This document shows positions 26,873 to 39,181 of a DNA stretch of 55,753 nt, one piece after another. The position numbers and the translations under genes are program-made. This stretch comes from Octopus bimaculoides (taxonomy: Eukaryota). The stretch lies in the NCBI RefSeq assembly GCF_001194135.2, contig NC_068981.1, forward strand, positions 51,704,525 to 51,760,277, in the 5' to 3' direction. Each line of letters opens with the position of its first letter. Positions within the stretch are counted from its first letter, which is position 1. The notes under the pieces are model-generated. The model was given only the letters and a program-made list of their open reading frames with translations. It ran no database searches and was not told the origin of the DNA.

Positions 26873-27281
26873 CATATATATATATATATATANNNNNNNN
26901 NNNNNNNNNNNNNNNNNNNNNNNNNNNNNNNNNNNNNNNNNNNNNNNNNNNNNNNNNNNNNNNNNNNNNNNNNNNNNNNNNNNNNNNNNNNNNNNNNNNN
27001 NNNNNNNNNNNNNNNNNNNNNNNNNNNNNNNNNNNNNNNNNNNNNNNNNNNNNNNNNNNNNNNNNNNNNNNNNNNNNNNNNNTATATATATATATATACA
27101 TACGTGAGTGTATGTGTGTGTGCATGTGTGTGCGTATGTGTGTGTACGTGCGCGTGCGCGTGTGTGTACGTGCGCGTGCGCGTGTGTGTGTATGTGTGTG
27201 TTGATTTACCAGAACCGAAAAATTACAGGATACAGTACAAATGCAGAGTATTCTTAAATACCTTATAACTGAAAGGCTCCG

Positions 27282-27535
27282 ATTTCCAGAAGTCAGAGTT
27301 GCTCGTTTCCGGTCATCAGCGAGTAAACCGAGATTGGTTTTCTTTTGAATATCCACGGTCGGATATATTTTTTGATAAATGAAACAAAAGTTTGAAGGAA
27401 ACATAATGATAAGCCTTTCTTTGAAACATTCATTTCATATTTCAAAAAAAATTATCACACAATGAATATTCAAATGGAAACCAATCTCGGTTAACTCGCT
27501 AATGATCGAAAACGAGCAACTCATAAAGTGGAAAT
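27282..27535. mobile_element. MITE-like element with 57-bp inverted repeats
   Basis: 27296-27352 versus the reverse complement of 27466-27522 shows 6 mismatches in 57 nt. An outer ATTTCCA/TGGAAAT pair is also present, and the spacer is AT-rich and non-coding. Confidence 0.75.
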
Positions 27536-27894
27536 GTAAGACTACCAGTTAGATAGTTAGAGAGGGAGAAAGGGAGGAGAGGGAGGAGAAACAAAGCGAC
27601 AGACTAAGATGTGTATGTTTGTACTTTTTATTAGTTTATGTGCTGCAGTCGTAGAACTGCAGCTATGCTAGGTCGTATCCAGATTCTAGCAAATCAGTAT
27701 CAATACTTACATTAAGTATGGTATCAATGTTATCAGTGTCTTCTGTTGAACTTCTGTACTACAACAGACGCAGACAATCCAACAGTGGTTGCCAAGGTGT
27801 GAGAAACAAATTTAAGCACTTTCATAATCATATATTGATATAAACGAAGGTGCGTGTGTGTCTGTGTGTGTGCGTGCGTGTGTGTTTGTTTGCT

Positions 27895-27929
<35 letters not shown>

Positions 27930-28812
27930 TTCCTTCCACCAAATTCGCTTACAAGATACGGTTCCGCCTGGTTGTAGCGGGTAACACCCAGAGGCTGTAA
28001 ATACAATCTTGGTCCCAATCAATGTGATATACACCACTCAGTACTAAGTATAGAGTTTTATATTTAATGGTAATCAGTTGATCATGATCTCTATCTTTAC
28101 ACAGATATTTAAGTAGGTAATATTCATGTACGATTTGTTAGAGAATATTTGTTGAATGGTTGAAGCACTTGCCGCAATGCTCTAGCTTTTCTGACATAAT
28201 TAGCCACAGCGAGCCAAGTCCTATTTGATCATGCTGAAGAAGAAAAAATATTGCTGACTGGAAGATTATGGAAGATTATAAGAGCCATCCGATCAAGATA
28301 TGTTCCTTTTCAGGAGAAAGTACACTGGAATGTTCCTTAATATGTATATTTTGCATTTTGTGATTTGTGATTTGTGTAAGTTCCTCTTTTAACTGCTATT
28401 ACGTTATACCTGTGATTTCCGGTTAAATAATGCCGCACTGCCTTTTTTATTACTTGGAATTTGTTATGGTTCAGACCTAGTCTCCTGAACTACGCGCAGT
28501 TTCCTAGACTATGAACAGTCTCCTGATTCAATGAATCAGACGATGATCAAATCTATGCAATGAAGTCCTGTTCTTTAATCTCTGAGCGTATGGATTTTGG
28601 AGAAAACTTGTCCAATCAGAAATTAATGATTTTTAACGTTATATGTGTTTAAAAGTTTTCTACGTTTGTGTGTCAGTGAAAAATGTTGTCTGGTTCTTCT
28701 ATCGAGGTTGTATATAAGAAAAACCCCACTACACCAAATAAACCAGTTAGCAGAAGGTAACATCTAATATTCAGTTTATATATTATGATTAATACATTCA
28801 AAAACTTTCCAG

Positions 28813-28911
28813 GCTCCATAAAACAACAATTTCCAAGCATTTCAATAACTGTAATGTTAAAGGCAGCTATTCCTGCTATGATGACATCGCTTTTCGCGTT
28901 GCTCATTTCAG
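28813..28911 (+). CDS. candidate exon encoding a signal-peptide-like N-terminus (MLKAAIPAMMTSLFALLIS|G)
   Basis: Acceptor CTTTCCAG| at 28812, ATG at 28854, and a phase-1 donor CAG|GTAAAA at 28912. No downstream exon was linked. Confidence 0.25.
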
Positions 28912-30039
28912 GTAAAACATACGCCTAAACAACCAATTACTGCCGAAACCAGTAAGTTAACCACTTTTTGTATCCTTTCTGTCTAAAACAATGATATATT
29001 GAATATCTATAAGGCGTCCAAACTATAATTAAATGAGTTATGTAAACCTCGCTGAATAATATTTGAAAGGTTTCTAAAATCAGTATTTATACACAAAAAC
29101 TAAACTAAGTTGAATATCCTTGTCTCGTTTCATCTGGAATCTCAGGAACTAACGAACAAAAAATCTCACCAACGTCAAGATGCATCATTACTAAAGCCCT
29201 TTTCATGTTTCAGACAATAAAAAAAAAAGCATCTTTTACCTAACTTTCCAGATATTAAGTTCCAGAATTTACAACAGCGAGCGATATAATTTAACAAGAA
29301 ATCAGGAATGTACTAACAGCAGTCATCGGACAGTCCTTCTCTCAAATAGTTTTCAAGTGCTCGTGAGTCTGCAATATTAACGTTTATCTATTTACGTGTA
29401 TAGCACCCAATTCTCACAGATGTTGCAGAGATGTTGCAAAGCAGGCCAAGAGTAAACTTCGTTCTTTACATCGAAAAACTCCATATGGGTGTGGGTGTGT
29501 ACGTATATATAATATACATATATCCATGAACGTATACAAAATTCTATGCGCGTATGCATGTGTTAATTTTAGGTTGTTATATAAAAGAAATTAAGCATAA
29601 TAACTACATTTACTCATAAGGTGATTTTAGTATAAAATTTTAGTGACCTTTTTTAAAGCCAGAATAGACCTGATGAGAGACATTCAAAAATTGCTGACAA
29701 TCCACACACTTCCTCATTTAGAAACCAGTCCAAACCAAACATTCTAATTAGTTACATCGACGATCTAACTAACGAATATATTAACATAAAACTGGCAATG
29801 AGAAATCTTTTCCAGACTAAGTTATTACACAGGAAAGAGAAATATATACAGCATTTCTTCCAAAGTTAATGTACTAAACAGAATTTCAGAAAGGACATTT
29901 ATTCATAATTCTTGTAAGACCTATCAACACTTAGATCTTCCCAATTTCGTCAACCGGTAATAACTCTAACTTAATTCCTTACAATTCCTGCAGTATTCCT
30001 CAACTTCTTTGCATTTTTTGGACTTCATATTTTTCCATT

Positions 30040-30620
30040 CTTTCATTTACTCCATGACAACCAGCACCAGTAATACTATCATTTACAATAGCATTATCAT
30101 CCTCAACCTTATCATCTCCAGAAGCAGCGTTGTCGTCATCATCAACAACAATATTAACAAAATGAAAAACAATACCCTCACATTATGCTCACTTTTATGA
30201 TCCCTTTTCTTCCTGTTTTTAATACTGTCATGAACAATCATATCATCATCTCCATCACTATTATACCTATCATCATCATCATCATCACCCTCATAATCCT
30301 TGTCATCATCACCACCACCACCATTGTCATCGTCACCATTATCTTCGGCAACAACACCAACATCATCCTACTCATACTTTACCACCCTCCTTGGTTTCAT
30401 TCTAGTTTTATTGTGATCATTCTCAATACTGAAGCGACAACCATCATCATCGCTATTATCATCAACACCCACAACATCATTATCATCATCATCATGATCA
30501 TCACCTTTTTTTTCTCTACTATGTTTACCATCATCAACATTATCTCTTTCATAATCATTCTCTTCTTCTTCCTCATCATTATTATCATCACCATTATCAT
30601 CATCACCACGTCACCAATAC
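30040..30620. repeat. degenerate (CAT/CAC/ATT)n low-complexity tract
   Basis: Direct reading. It explains the Ile/Met-rich ORFs. Confidence 0.92.
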
Positions 30621-32189
30621 CTGTTGTCAGATAAATTCGTTCGTTTCGTTCCAATATCATTTGAATTAACACGAAAAAATTTTCATAGTAGGGTTTAATG
30701 GGTTTTTGTAGCTCTATTCCTCCTCTCGCTTTTGAAATTTCAATACATCTTATCTCTTTTGAGATATATGATGAACAAATTCATCTGTTAACTCAACAGA
30801 TACCTGCCATTCTAAATATGTTCTACATATTCTTCTACTATAGTTCTACATGTTACTTCATTACTATAACAATCACCAATAACAGCGCTAACAGAATTTC
30901 GTTTGCCAATAGCTATATTACGAACACAAGTATTCATGTTATTTCCTGATGTGTTCTCTAACAAAAAAAAATCGCGTTTTGTTGCGCTCGATTTTATTAA
31001 ATGTGTTAACACTCAACTTCTATACATACTGTTCTTTATCGTAAGTGATTTTGACTTGTTTCTCTGAACAGATAATTCACAATGCTCGTCTATACATACT
31101 GATACATATATATACATAAATGCCTTCATGTTATTTAGTTATATATATATTCGTGGGTTCTCTTTCCTCGGTGTACAGCAGATGCCATTCCATTTGTATT
31201 TATAGTTATATCTATATTTCTCACTTCCTTGTTAGGAGCATCATTCCCTCTGATTTTCTTTCTTTTCACACCTCTTTTGACAAAGTTATGTGAAGTTTCA
31301 TTTTCCTTTGTTGTAGTTACGGGATAATTGAAAATTGTTTTATGCTCTTCTTTTTCGCGTTTCTTGTCGATTTATCTAAGTGATTGTGTTCCCTTCGTGA
31401 TATAGTAGACGTTGTGTCGGTTTACTTTGTTTTCACTACTTCTGTATATTGAAATTATTGCTTCGATTATTGCCGTACTGTTGCTTCCGGTAGGTTGAAT
31501 ATTCGAACCGTTGAAAATCGCTTTATCTCTACTGCAATTCATTAATTCAGAACGAATCTGCTTTGGCGTGTGATAATATAATTAGTGTAAACTCCGTGGA
31601 GCAATATCTTTTATCAAGGATAATACCGAGGAGACCTTTATCCCATCACTGACAAAGTTATCTACATAGTACGAACTAACTGTACATTCGTTAACTATAT
31701 ACTCATTTAACTGCATAGAAATGCGCAATGTTAACACGCTTTGAGTGTTTTTGCACTTATATAGATTGATCACAAAAGTTACGAGCTTACAGGTCTATAA
31801 CATGTGGAACTCCAAACGTGTGAATATGCGAACATTCGCCCTTTCCTGTGGCGATAAGGTACACACTACTCTTGAATACTTGTGACTCTACTGCTATTAC
31901 GTCCATGTTGTTTAGTTCATGTCATATTTCTTTCATAATGTTGTGGTAGTCATCTCACATTAGATATTTAGGACATCCATATCAATTGTGCTTATCTTCC
32001 TTCAATTACATTTTCAGGAGGATTCCACAGATATTTCGAGCATGTCAAAGACCACCTACAGTAACTTGTTAAAAATGTGTAGCTCGTAGTTTATTATTGT
32101 CATGGTGCTCTTATCTTAGAATAGTAAATTGAACGAAAGATAAAATGGATTTATTAAACAAACAAAACTTTAAAATATAGGAAGTGATT

Positions 32190-32580
32190 CAATTTATAGC
32201 TGAAGCGCATGATTGGTGAAAGTCAACTTATTAATATTTCTGACTATGTCGATGGAGAACAAAGGTCACTAAACAATTAGCTAACAATAAGTAAAGAAAA
32301 ACTGCTTAAACATACTCAAATAGGATAAGGTCAATTTGCGAAAGAGATGAAATGCGGAAAACAAAAAGCAGTTACATGGACAACCACAGAGGTATCAAGA
32401 ATATGAAAACTCATGAATCATCGCAGAGGAGACTGTGAAGATTTAAAGGAGCAAACGTGGTATTTTTTTGGAAGCTACACAAGATGAAGAAGTAAATACT
32501 CAGTGAATAAGGATGCTTACTGCATTACAAACGTTGCATGCAGGTAGCAAGCCCGCTACTAGTGCAAGATTCCAAGAGTT
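32190..32580 (+). mobile_element. old RLE-type LINE relic (post-RT region)
   Basis: LINISDYVDGEQRSL..KEKLLK..KQLHGQ..DLKEQT..ATQDE matches the R4-like GLxxIxD..EKLL..KxLHGQ..LKxETE..AAQDQ. Confidence 0.55.
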
Positions 32581-32621
32581 GTAACAAATCATGAAATAAA
32601 AAAGAAAAATAATGATAATGT

Positions 32622-32622
<1 letters not shown>

Positions 32623-32652
<30 letters not shown>

Positions 32653-32722
32653 AAGAAGAAGAAGAAGAAGAAGAAGAAGAAGAAGAAGAAGAAGAAGAAG
32701 AAGAAGAAGAAGAAGAAGAAGA
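32623..32722. repeat. (AAG)n microsatellite running into a gap
   Basis: Direct reading. Confidence 0.98.
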
Positions 32723-33515
32723 NNNNNNNNNNNNNNNNNNNNNNNNNNNNNNNNNNNNNNNNNNNNNNNNNNNNNNNNNNNNNNNNNNNNNNNNNNNNNN
32801 NNNNNNNNNNNNNNNNNNNNNNNNNNNNNNNNNNNNNNNNNNNNNNNNNNNNNNNNNNNNNNNNNNNNNNNNNNNNNNNNNNNNNNNNNNNNNNNNNNNN
32901 NNNNNNNNNNNNNNNNNNNNNNNNNNNNNNNNNNNNNNNNNNNNNNNNNNNNNNNNNNNNNNNNNNNNNNNNNNNNNNNNNNNNNNNNNNNNNNNNNNNN
33001 NNNNNNNNNNNNNNNNNNNNNNNNNNNNNNNNNNNNNNNNNNNNNNNNNNNNNNNNNNNNNNNNNNNNNNNNNNNNNNNNNNNNNNNNNNNNNNNNNNNN
33101 NNNNNNNNNNNNNNNNNNNNNNNNNNNNNNNNNNNNNNNNNNNNNNNNNNNNNNNNNNNNNNNNNNNNNNNNNNNNNNNNNNNNNNNNNNNNNNNNNNNN
33201 NNNNNNNNNNNNNNNNNNNNNNNNNNNNNNNNNNNNNNNNNNNNNNNNNNNNNNNNNNNNNNNNNNNNNNNNNNNNNNNNNNNNNNNNNNNNNNNNNNNN
33301 NNNNNNNNNNNNNNNNNNNNNNNNNNNNNNNNNNNNNNNNNNNNNNNNNNNNNNNNNNNNNNNNNNNNNNNNNNNNNNNNNNNNNNNNNNNNNNNNNNNN
33401 NNNNNNNNNNNNNNNNNNNNNNNNNNNNNNNNNNNNNNNNNNNNNNNNNNNNNNNNNNNNNNNNNNNNNNNNNNNNNNNNNNNNNNNNNNNNNNNNNNNN
33501 NNNNNNNNNTTGAAC

Positions 33516-33548
<33 letters not shown>

Positions 33549-33743
33549 CGGAAACGGAGGCTCTAATCTGTGCCGCCCAAGAGCAAACACTAAGAACAAA
33601 CTACATAAAATACAGAATAGACAATACATCAGAAAGTGATAAATGCAGAATCTGTGGACAAAATGGTGAAACCGTATGGCATATTACCAGCCAATGTACG
33701 CCACTAGCCCTGAAGGAATTTAAGAGACGCCATGACAATATCA
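33549..33743 (+). mobile_element. R4/Dong-like LINE fragment, CCHC zinc knuckle
   Basis: Open frame PETEALICAAQEQTLRTNYIKYRIDNTSESDKCRICGQNGETVWHITSQCTPLALKEFKRRHDNI, directly after (TAA)n. Same family as about 45700-45790. Confidence 0.9.
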
Positions 33744-34149
33744 AGTGATTTAACTTGTAATCGTTTAGTAGCTTGGGGTTTTTGAACGTTTGCCCTCTCG
33801 TATGACTAATAAGGCTGAATGCACTCAGGAAAGTGTAGACATTTATTACCGCTACTTGTAAGTATGCTGGCTATTTAAGATGGCAGATTTAGCATTATAT
33901 TTCGAAAGTAATTTGCCACTAATATTCACCCCACTATCAGTAGCCTTCCTTTAACTGTAAAAAAGTTGATAGCCGTATTGGTTGCTAGTACTCATCTTAC
34001 TTATATTCTTTATTTTTATTTTATATTATGTTGAGATGGTGTAGAAGTGCATACGCGGCCTCGTGCCACTTATGACATAGTCTTCTCCCCCACACCATTT
34101 TATTTACTGGTTCATTTTTCTTCTTTATTTACGTCTACCTCTGTAACGA

Positions 34150-34780
34150 TCTTTACTTGCACTTGGTTTAAATATAACTGACCAATTGTAGAGATGGCAG
34201 TACTTTGGCCAGTTTTATTACGAACATTGGGTACTTGGTTTCTAGAATATTTCAGTAAGTACACCATTATAAAAACTCTACGGGTTTCGTTTTGGATAAA
34301 CATTAATTAGCTCTCTTTACGAAATGATTAGTACTCTTCGTTTTCTAGACATATTAGCGAGCACTAGTTTTATCCTACTACTATTTATACACTCTGAAAC
34401 CCCTACATAAAGAGATAACCCATAAATTATTTCTCTAACACATTTGCTAGTCCACACTTTTGAATATCGACTTCAAGCTTCACAATGCAAAATGGTATGG
34501 TTCTAATGTATTGAGCCTTCTGAATCCTTCTCAAGGCGTTGTTCTTTCCTCTTACCTCTTCTCTGCATTCATTTTATTTTATATATATTTCTTGTATTTA
34601 TATTCACTCTAATGAAGCTCCATGTACTTGATTGTATGTGCTATACAGATGACGAGTATTATTTTCGGAATTTTCTCTGTAAGCTCCGATTGACATCAGC
34701 AGCCGAAACGGCCGTAAGAAATGTTACGTAAAGTTATGTTATGTTTTGTATTAAAAAATAATTAACCGATTTTGGTCAAT
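34150..34780 (+). mobile_element. highly decayed Penelope-like 3' end (GIY-YIG traces + hammerhead-like motif)
   Basis: QYFGQ..LRTLGTWFLEY resembles QYIGQT.R.LxxRFxEH. Downstream is GAAAC-GGCC-GTA with TTCT/AGAA flanks at 34673-34720. Confidence 0.4.
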
Positions 34781-36659
34781 TTGTTTGTTTGTTGGTCAAA
34801 AGTTTTCTCCATTTTCTGCTTATTTAAATTTGTATATACATATATATATATATATACAAAAGATACAGCAATTTTTTTGCATGCGCTTATGTATTAAATA
34901 TCATTTCTATTTATTTCTGGTAGATAACGTGATGTTTTGGCGCATCAGATCACTTTAGTTTATTCGAAAACCTGCGTGCTTTACGATATTTGCATATAAA
35001 TATTCAACATAACTCTAGTATTAAATTCAAATTTGATGCTTTGAATCACAATATCTATATTTATTTTCACTTGCTATCCTTATATTTATTTTTCAACTTC
35101 CTATGAATATTTGCAATGATTTATTTTGTTAAATTATAGTCTGTTTAGCCGTAAATATTATTTGCACGAAACGGGAGAAATGTTAGAATTATCCTAAACA
35201 ATTATGGGAGAAAAAATACAACAAAATGAGTATATCCGTTGTTACATTGTTATTTAAAGTATATTTCTTAATAAAAATGACAAGGGATTTCGATGCATAT
35301 AATACCTTTCGAAAGGTCAATATTTCAGAAATGTGTTTTTTATTAAATCTTCAGTGTTTGGTAAAATTATAGATACCAAATATACAAAGAGACGGAAATA
35401 TATTGGCACCGTGAAGAACATGAGGTGCACGTTCATTCAAATCGACATCGACGTTCTACCTATCAACTTTAAACCCATTCTCATTAAGGTTTTGGAAAGA
35501 AACACAATACCATCAATACACATGATATCGAGCGAATAGTATATGCTTTCAATTTTTTATATTTCTACAACGAATCTATAAGGGTGAAAGTATATCGGAG
35601 CTAAGGAATATCCGCTTCGTGGAGTATACATTCTAGATACACCAAAAATAAAATTCAAAGTCTAAAACAAGATTATACATAGATTAAGATGTTTTTGTCT
35701 CACATATTATCCTAGAATAATTGCCGATTAGAAGACTGTTAACCACTTCGTCACGAAAATACGCATGATTAAAACAAAATGGACAAGTATGTTGGATATC
35801 TGAGCATTCATATTTTGAATCAAAATACAGATCAGAAAAATTCTGATGAGTGGTTTAACAATAGCAATACCAATATCAACAGCATAGAGGTTTGCACTTG
35901 CACCTCAAAAAATGTCACACACAGACGGAAATTTTAGATATATCCAAGGTCCAATAATAGAGAAGTGTTTGGCTGCGATGAAACGATAAATGCCCCATAT
36001 CTTCGCGCAAGTGTTTTCCCCCAGAAAAAGAGAGTATTAGTGTACATTTGTTGACCAGAGAGTGAGAGTCCAGGCCGATGTCTGTCGAGTAAAGTAGTGC
36101 ATATGTAATTGTATGGCTGGTTTCCGAGATCGAAGATGAAACAAAGCGGCAAACAGAGCTGTCGAGTGATGCGTTCGCTTATAGGTTTGTACCGCAGTTC
36201 ATTAATCCATTACCTCCCATAACTCTATTAACTGTAATTTTTTATGAAACCTTGATTTCTAGTATAAAACAGCCTTAGAAATACGCTGAAATAATCAAAA
36301 TAACATTTCAAAATAACATTTTAAATAGAAATAAGCAAGATATAGGGTGAAAAATTAGCACACCTCAATTGAATATCAGAGAAATATACCTAGTAGATAT
36401 AGCAAAAAGGTTAGATAAGTGTAAATATTGACAGATAATTACGAAATTTGTAATTTTTAAGTGATCTCATATGAGATCACTGGTACGTAATGGGTTAACC
36501 CAGTGCATTACAAGACTGGCAGGAAGAAAGATTGTCTTCAGTTCAGACCCCCTGATTCCTTAATTGTGATCTTTGCAGTGCAATACGGGTGGGTGGTAAG
36601 GGGGCAGGAAATGATATATGATTAAAGGGAGTACCATGGATTGTCACGGAAATATAATC

Positions 36660-37110
36660 AATGAGGCTGGTGATGTAGGAAACAAAGACTATTTGTGACT
36701 CTTCTAGCAACACAAATTAGCATGTGGGATTTCTGTCCCCAGGAGAGAGGATGATAGAGTGATCCTGAGAATGGCAAGCAACAGAAGAAGCAGTAACAAT
36801 TGCAGGTGAACAGTATTGTTTCAACAGCACAGTCAGTCAAAATTTCCGAAATGACAGAGAAGATTGCTTCGTCCTCTGCCCCAGAATCGAAAAATGTCAA
36901 AGTTCCTCTGAAAACAATACCCTCCCATCTACTTGTGACTATGGAGAGAAAATAGAAGCTGGAAAGGTGTGACATACTGTTGTGAAGAAAACGGTAAAAG
37001 GAAAGAAAAGAGGAAAACAATGATGGGAACTAAAATGTGCGTAAAACGCACAAAAGGGAACTCGTTCCTCAAAACGGCATGGTCAGAGGGGAATGATATA
37101 TAAAATACTG
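36660..37110 (+). mobile_element. possible Tc1/Tc3-like transposase N-terminal relic
   Basis: A frameshifted LSP.EDDRVILRMASN resembles Tc3 LSVRDERNVIRAASN. Many stops; no TIR found. Confidence 0.3.
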
Positions 37111-37529
37111 CCAAACAATAAAATCTGGTCATGGCCTCATTAATAATTTTTCATAGCATGCAGCAGAAACTTTAAAAAATACTTAATGAATTGTAGCATG
37201 ATCAATGCATAAAATGCCAAAGGACCGAATAGTCTAGAAGAATTCAGTCCTAGTATAAGAAATAACAAGTGAGCAGTCATGGGTTGGTCTATCTCAACTA
37301 GACGACTGGGTTCTCAACGTTGTGAGAGTGAGTCACCCAATTTGTGTCTTCATTGTATAAATTATATTTCATTTTATTTTTAATCTTTCACTCATATAGT
37401 TTCATATCTATTGTGTTCTTTAATCCTTCACGGATTTCACTGTTTGTTGTTGAATAACCTCATCGCCTCTCTACAGATTTTTGTAGCCTGTGTGTTTTAA
37501 CATATGTAATTATGAATATTAACACTTAT

Positions 37530-37640
37530 GCCGCCGAGGTCGATAAAATAAGTACCAGTTGAACACTGTCGTCGATGTAATCGACTTATCCATTCCCCCA
37601 AAATTGCCAGCCGTGCGCCAAAGTTTGAAACCAGTATTAA
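37530..37640 (+). mobile_element. internally deleted SINE fragment (996-1268 family)
   Basis: GCCGAGGTCGATAAAATAAGTACCAGTTGAACACTG..GATGTAATCGACTT. Confidence 0.7.
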
Positions 37641-37716
37641 ATATCGCTGGAAGGCGAAAACAGTATTAACACTTATGATTGCTAATGAAGTTGTTAGCTA
37701 TTGTTGTTGTTGTAGT

Positions 37717-37935
37717 AAGGCGGTGGATTCATAGAATCGTTAGGAATTTGAGCGAAATGCATTGCAGTATATTTTCGGGCTCATTATGCTTTGAGTTCAA
37801 ATGCTGTTGAGGGTATCTTAGCCTTTTATTTCTCTAGGGTCGATACAGTAAAATACAAGTTATATATTGGGATCGATGTTTTAGCGAACTCTTCCCTCCA
37901 AAAATTCTAGCTTTGTAACTAACTTAGAAATTATT
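37717..37935 (+). mobile_element. old SINE copy (996-1268 family)
   Basis: AAGGCGG.. head, GAGTTCAAATGC B-box and ..AGGGTCGATAC.. body, all collinear with the family. Confidence 0.65.
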
Positions 37936-39181
37936 TATATTATTTGCTGCTGAACTTTTCAATCATGGATTGTAACACATTTAAACTTCATGAAAGAATC
38001 TATTTTTGCATTTATTGTCATACAAGGGCGTATTTAAATACCTGGAGGTCTGCCCAAATAGGAGCTAGAAGAAAACTATTTTCGCTGGAGTTTTGTTTCT
38101 TATTGAGGATGAATTTCCACAGACTTTAAACACGAAAGAAAATTTGAATTTACCAGAAGATACTCTTTGGAATGGGAAATATTGTCATATCTACATAAAA
38201 TAAGGCTTTCCTGGGGGCCAAACAGATACATTTGAAATAAAAGCAACAGAGACAACAGTCTCATCCAAAATTTATGCAAGACAAACGTAATGAAATTTTT
38301 AATATTAGCAATTTGAATGAAAGGCGATTAAATCTTTTTGACGTATACCCTTTCGCGTATAACTTTTATTACTTTTGGTAATGCAAAAGAAAGAATATCT
38401 TACTTTTATGAGATTAAATCAGTTTGAGTGAAGAGTAAAAGTATTTTCTTTCAAAAGATGCTACGGAAATTAAGCAAACATTGAACAACTTAGCATTTTG
38501 CCATCATTTTTCATGGAAGGACCAGGATGTGAACATGAATATATTCAATGTAATTTTACTTATGTCAGAAATTTGATCTTCATAGTGTGTTCATTATCTT
38601 TACATATAATTAAAATGAACTGAAATAGAATCCAAATTGTTTCTAAGCCAACTATTTCAATATTTGCATGATGTGGTTGCGAGGGTTTTCCGTCGGAAAA
38701 TTATTAAATGTAAAGCTTTATTGTTGAAAGGCTCCATTATATGTGCTCTAAAGATTGGCGGTAATGTTGCTTACCCATGCTTATATATAGTTTTAGATGG
38801 GAGATCCGTGAAAGTGGAACTGATATTCTCTCAGTTGAAATACCAGATAATAACTCCGATCCTGCCTACTGTGAAGAAGTGTATATTTCATGGCCGATGT
38901 ACACTCCAAAACGGACAATATCCTAGCACGAAAAGAAATAAATGCACAAAACGGTAGGCACGTCCTTTTACAGTTGAGACGCAAACGTGTCGCGATAGAT
39001 ATCCACCATACGAACGGAGGAAGATATACGATGTCGGATACACCATCGCAATCAAACGAAGATATTTTACTATAGAAGTAGGCATTTAATAGATAGTTCC
39101 CTATTCGGTAATTTTTTTTAAAGACTTCTCAAGTACACATCAATTTTGAATTTTGCAGTTCAGTGAAAGTTATTCAGTATA

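Noticed and set aside
27300-27325. CTGATGA-CCG-GAAAC on the minus strand inside the MITE arm
   Set aside because: No room for stem II, no stem III or NUH, and the other arm lacks it.
28813-28911. EGF-Ca-like alternative frame (CNVKGSYSC)
   Set aside because: Lacks the following Cys and the upstream cysteines.
29665-29735. CTGATGA...GAAACCAGTC hammerhead
   Set aside because: Neither stem I nor the base of stem II pairs.
30009-30672. Ile/Met-rich membrane-like ORFs
   Set aside because: Translation of a (CAT/ATT)n low-complexity tract.
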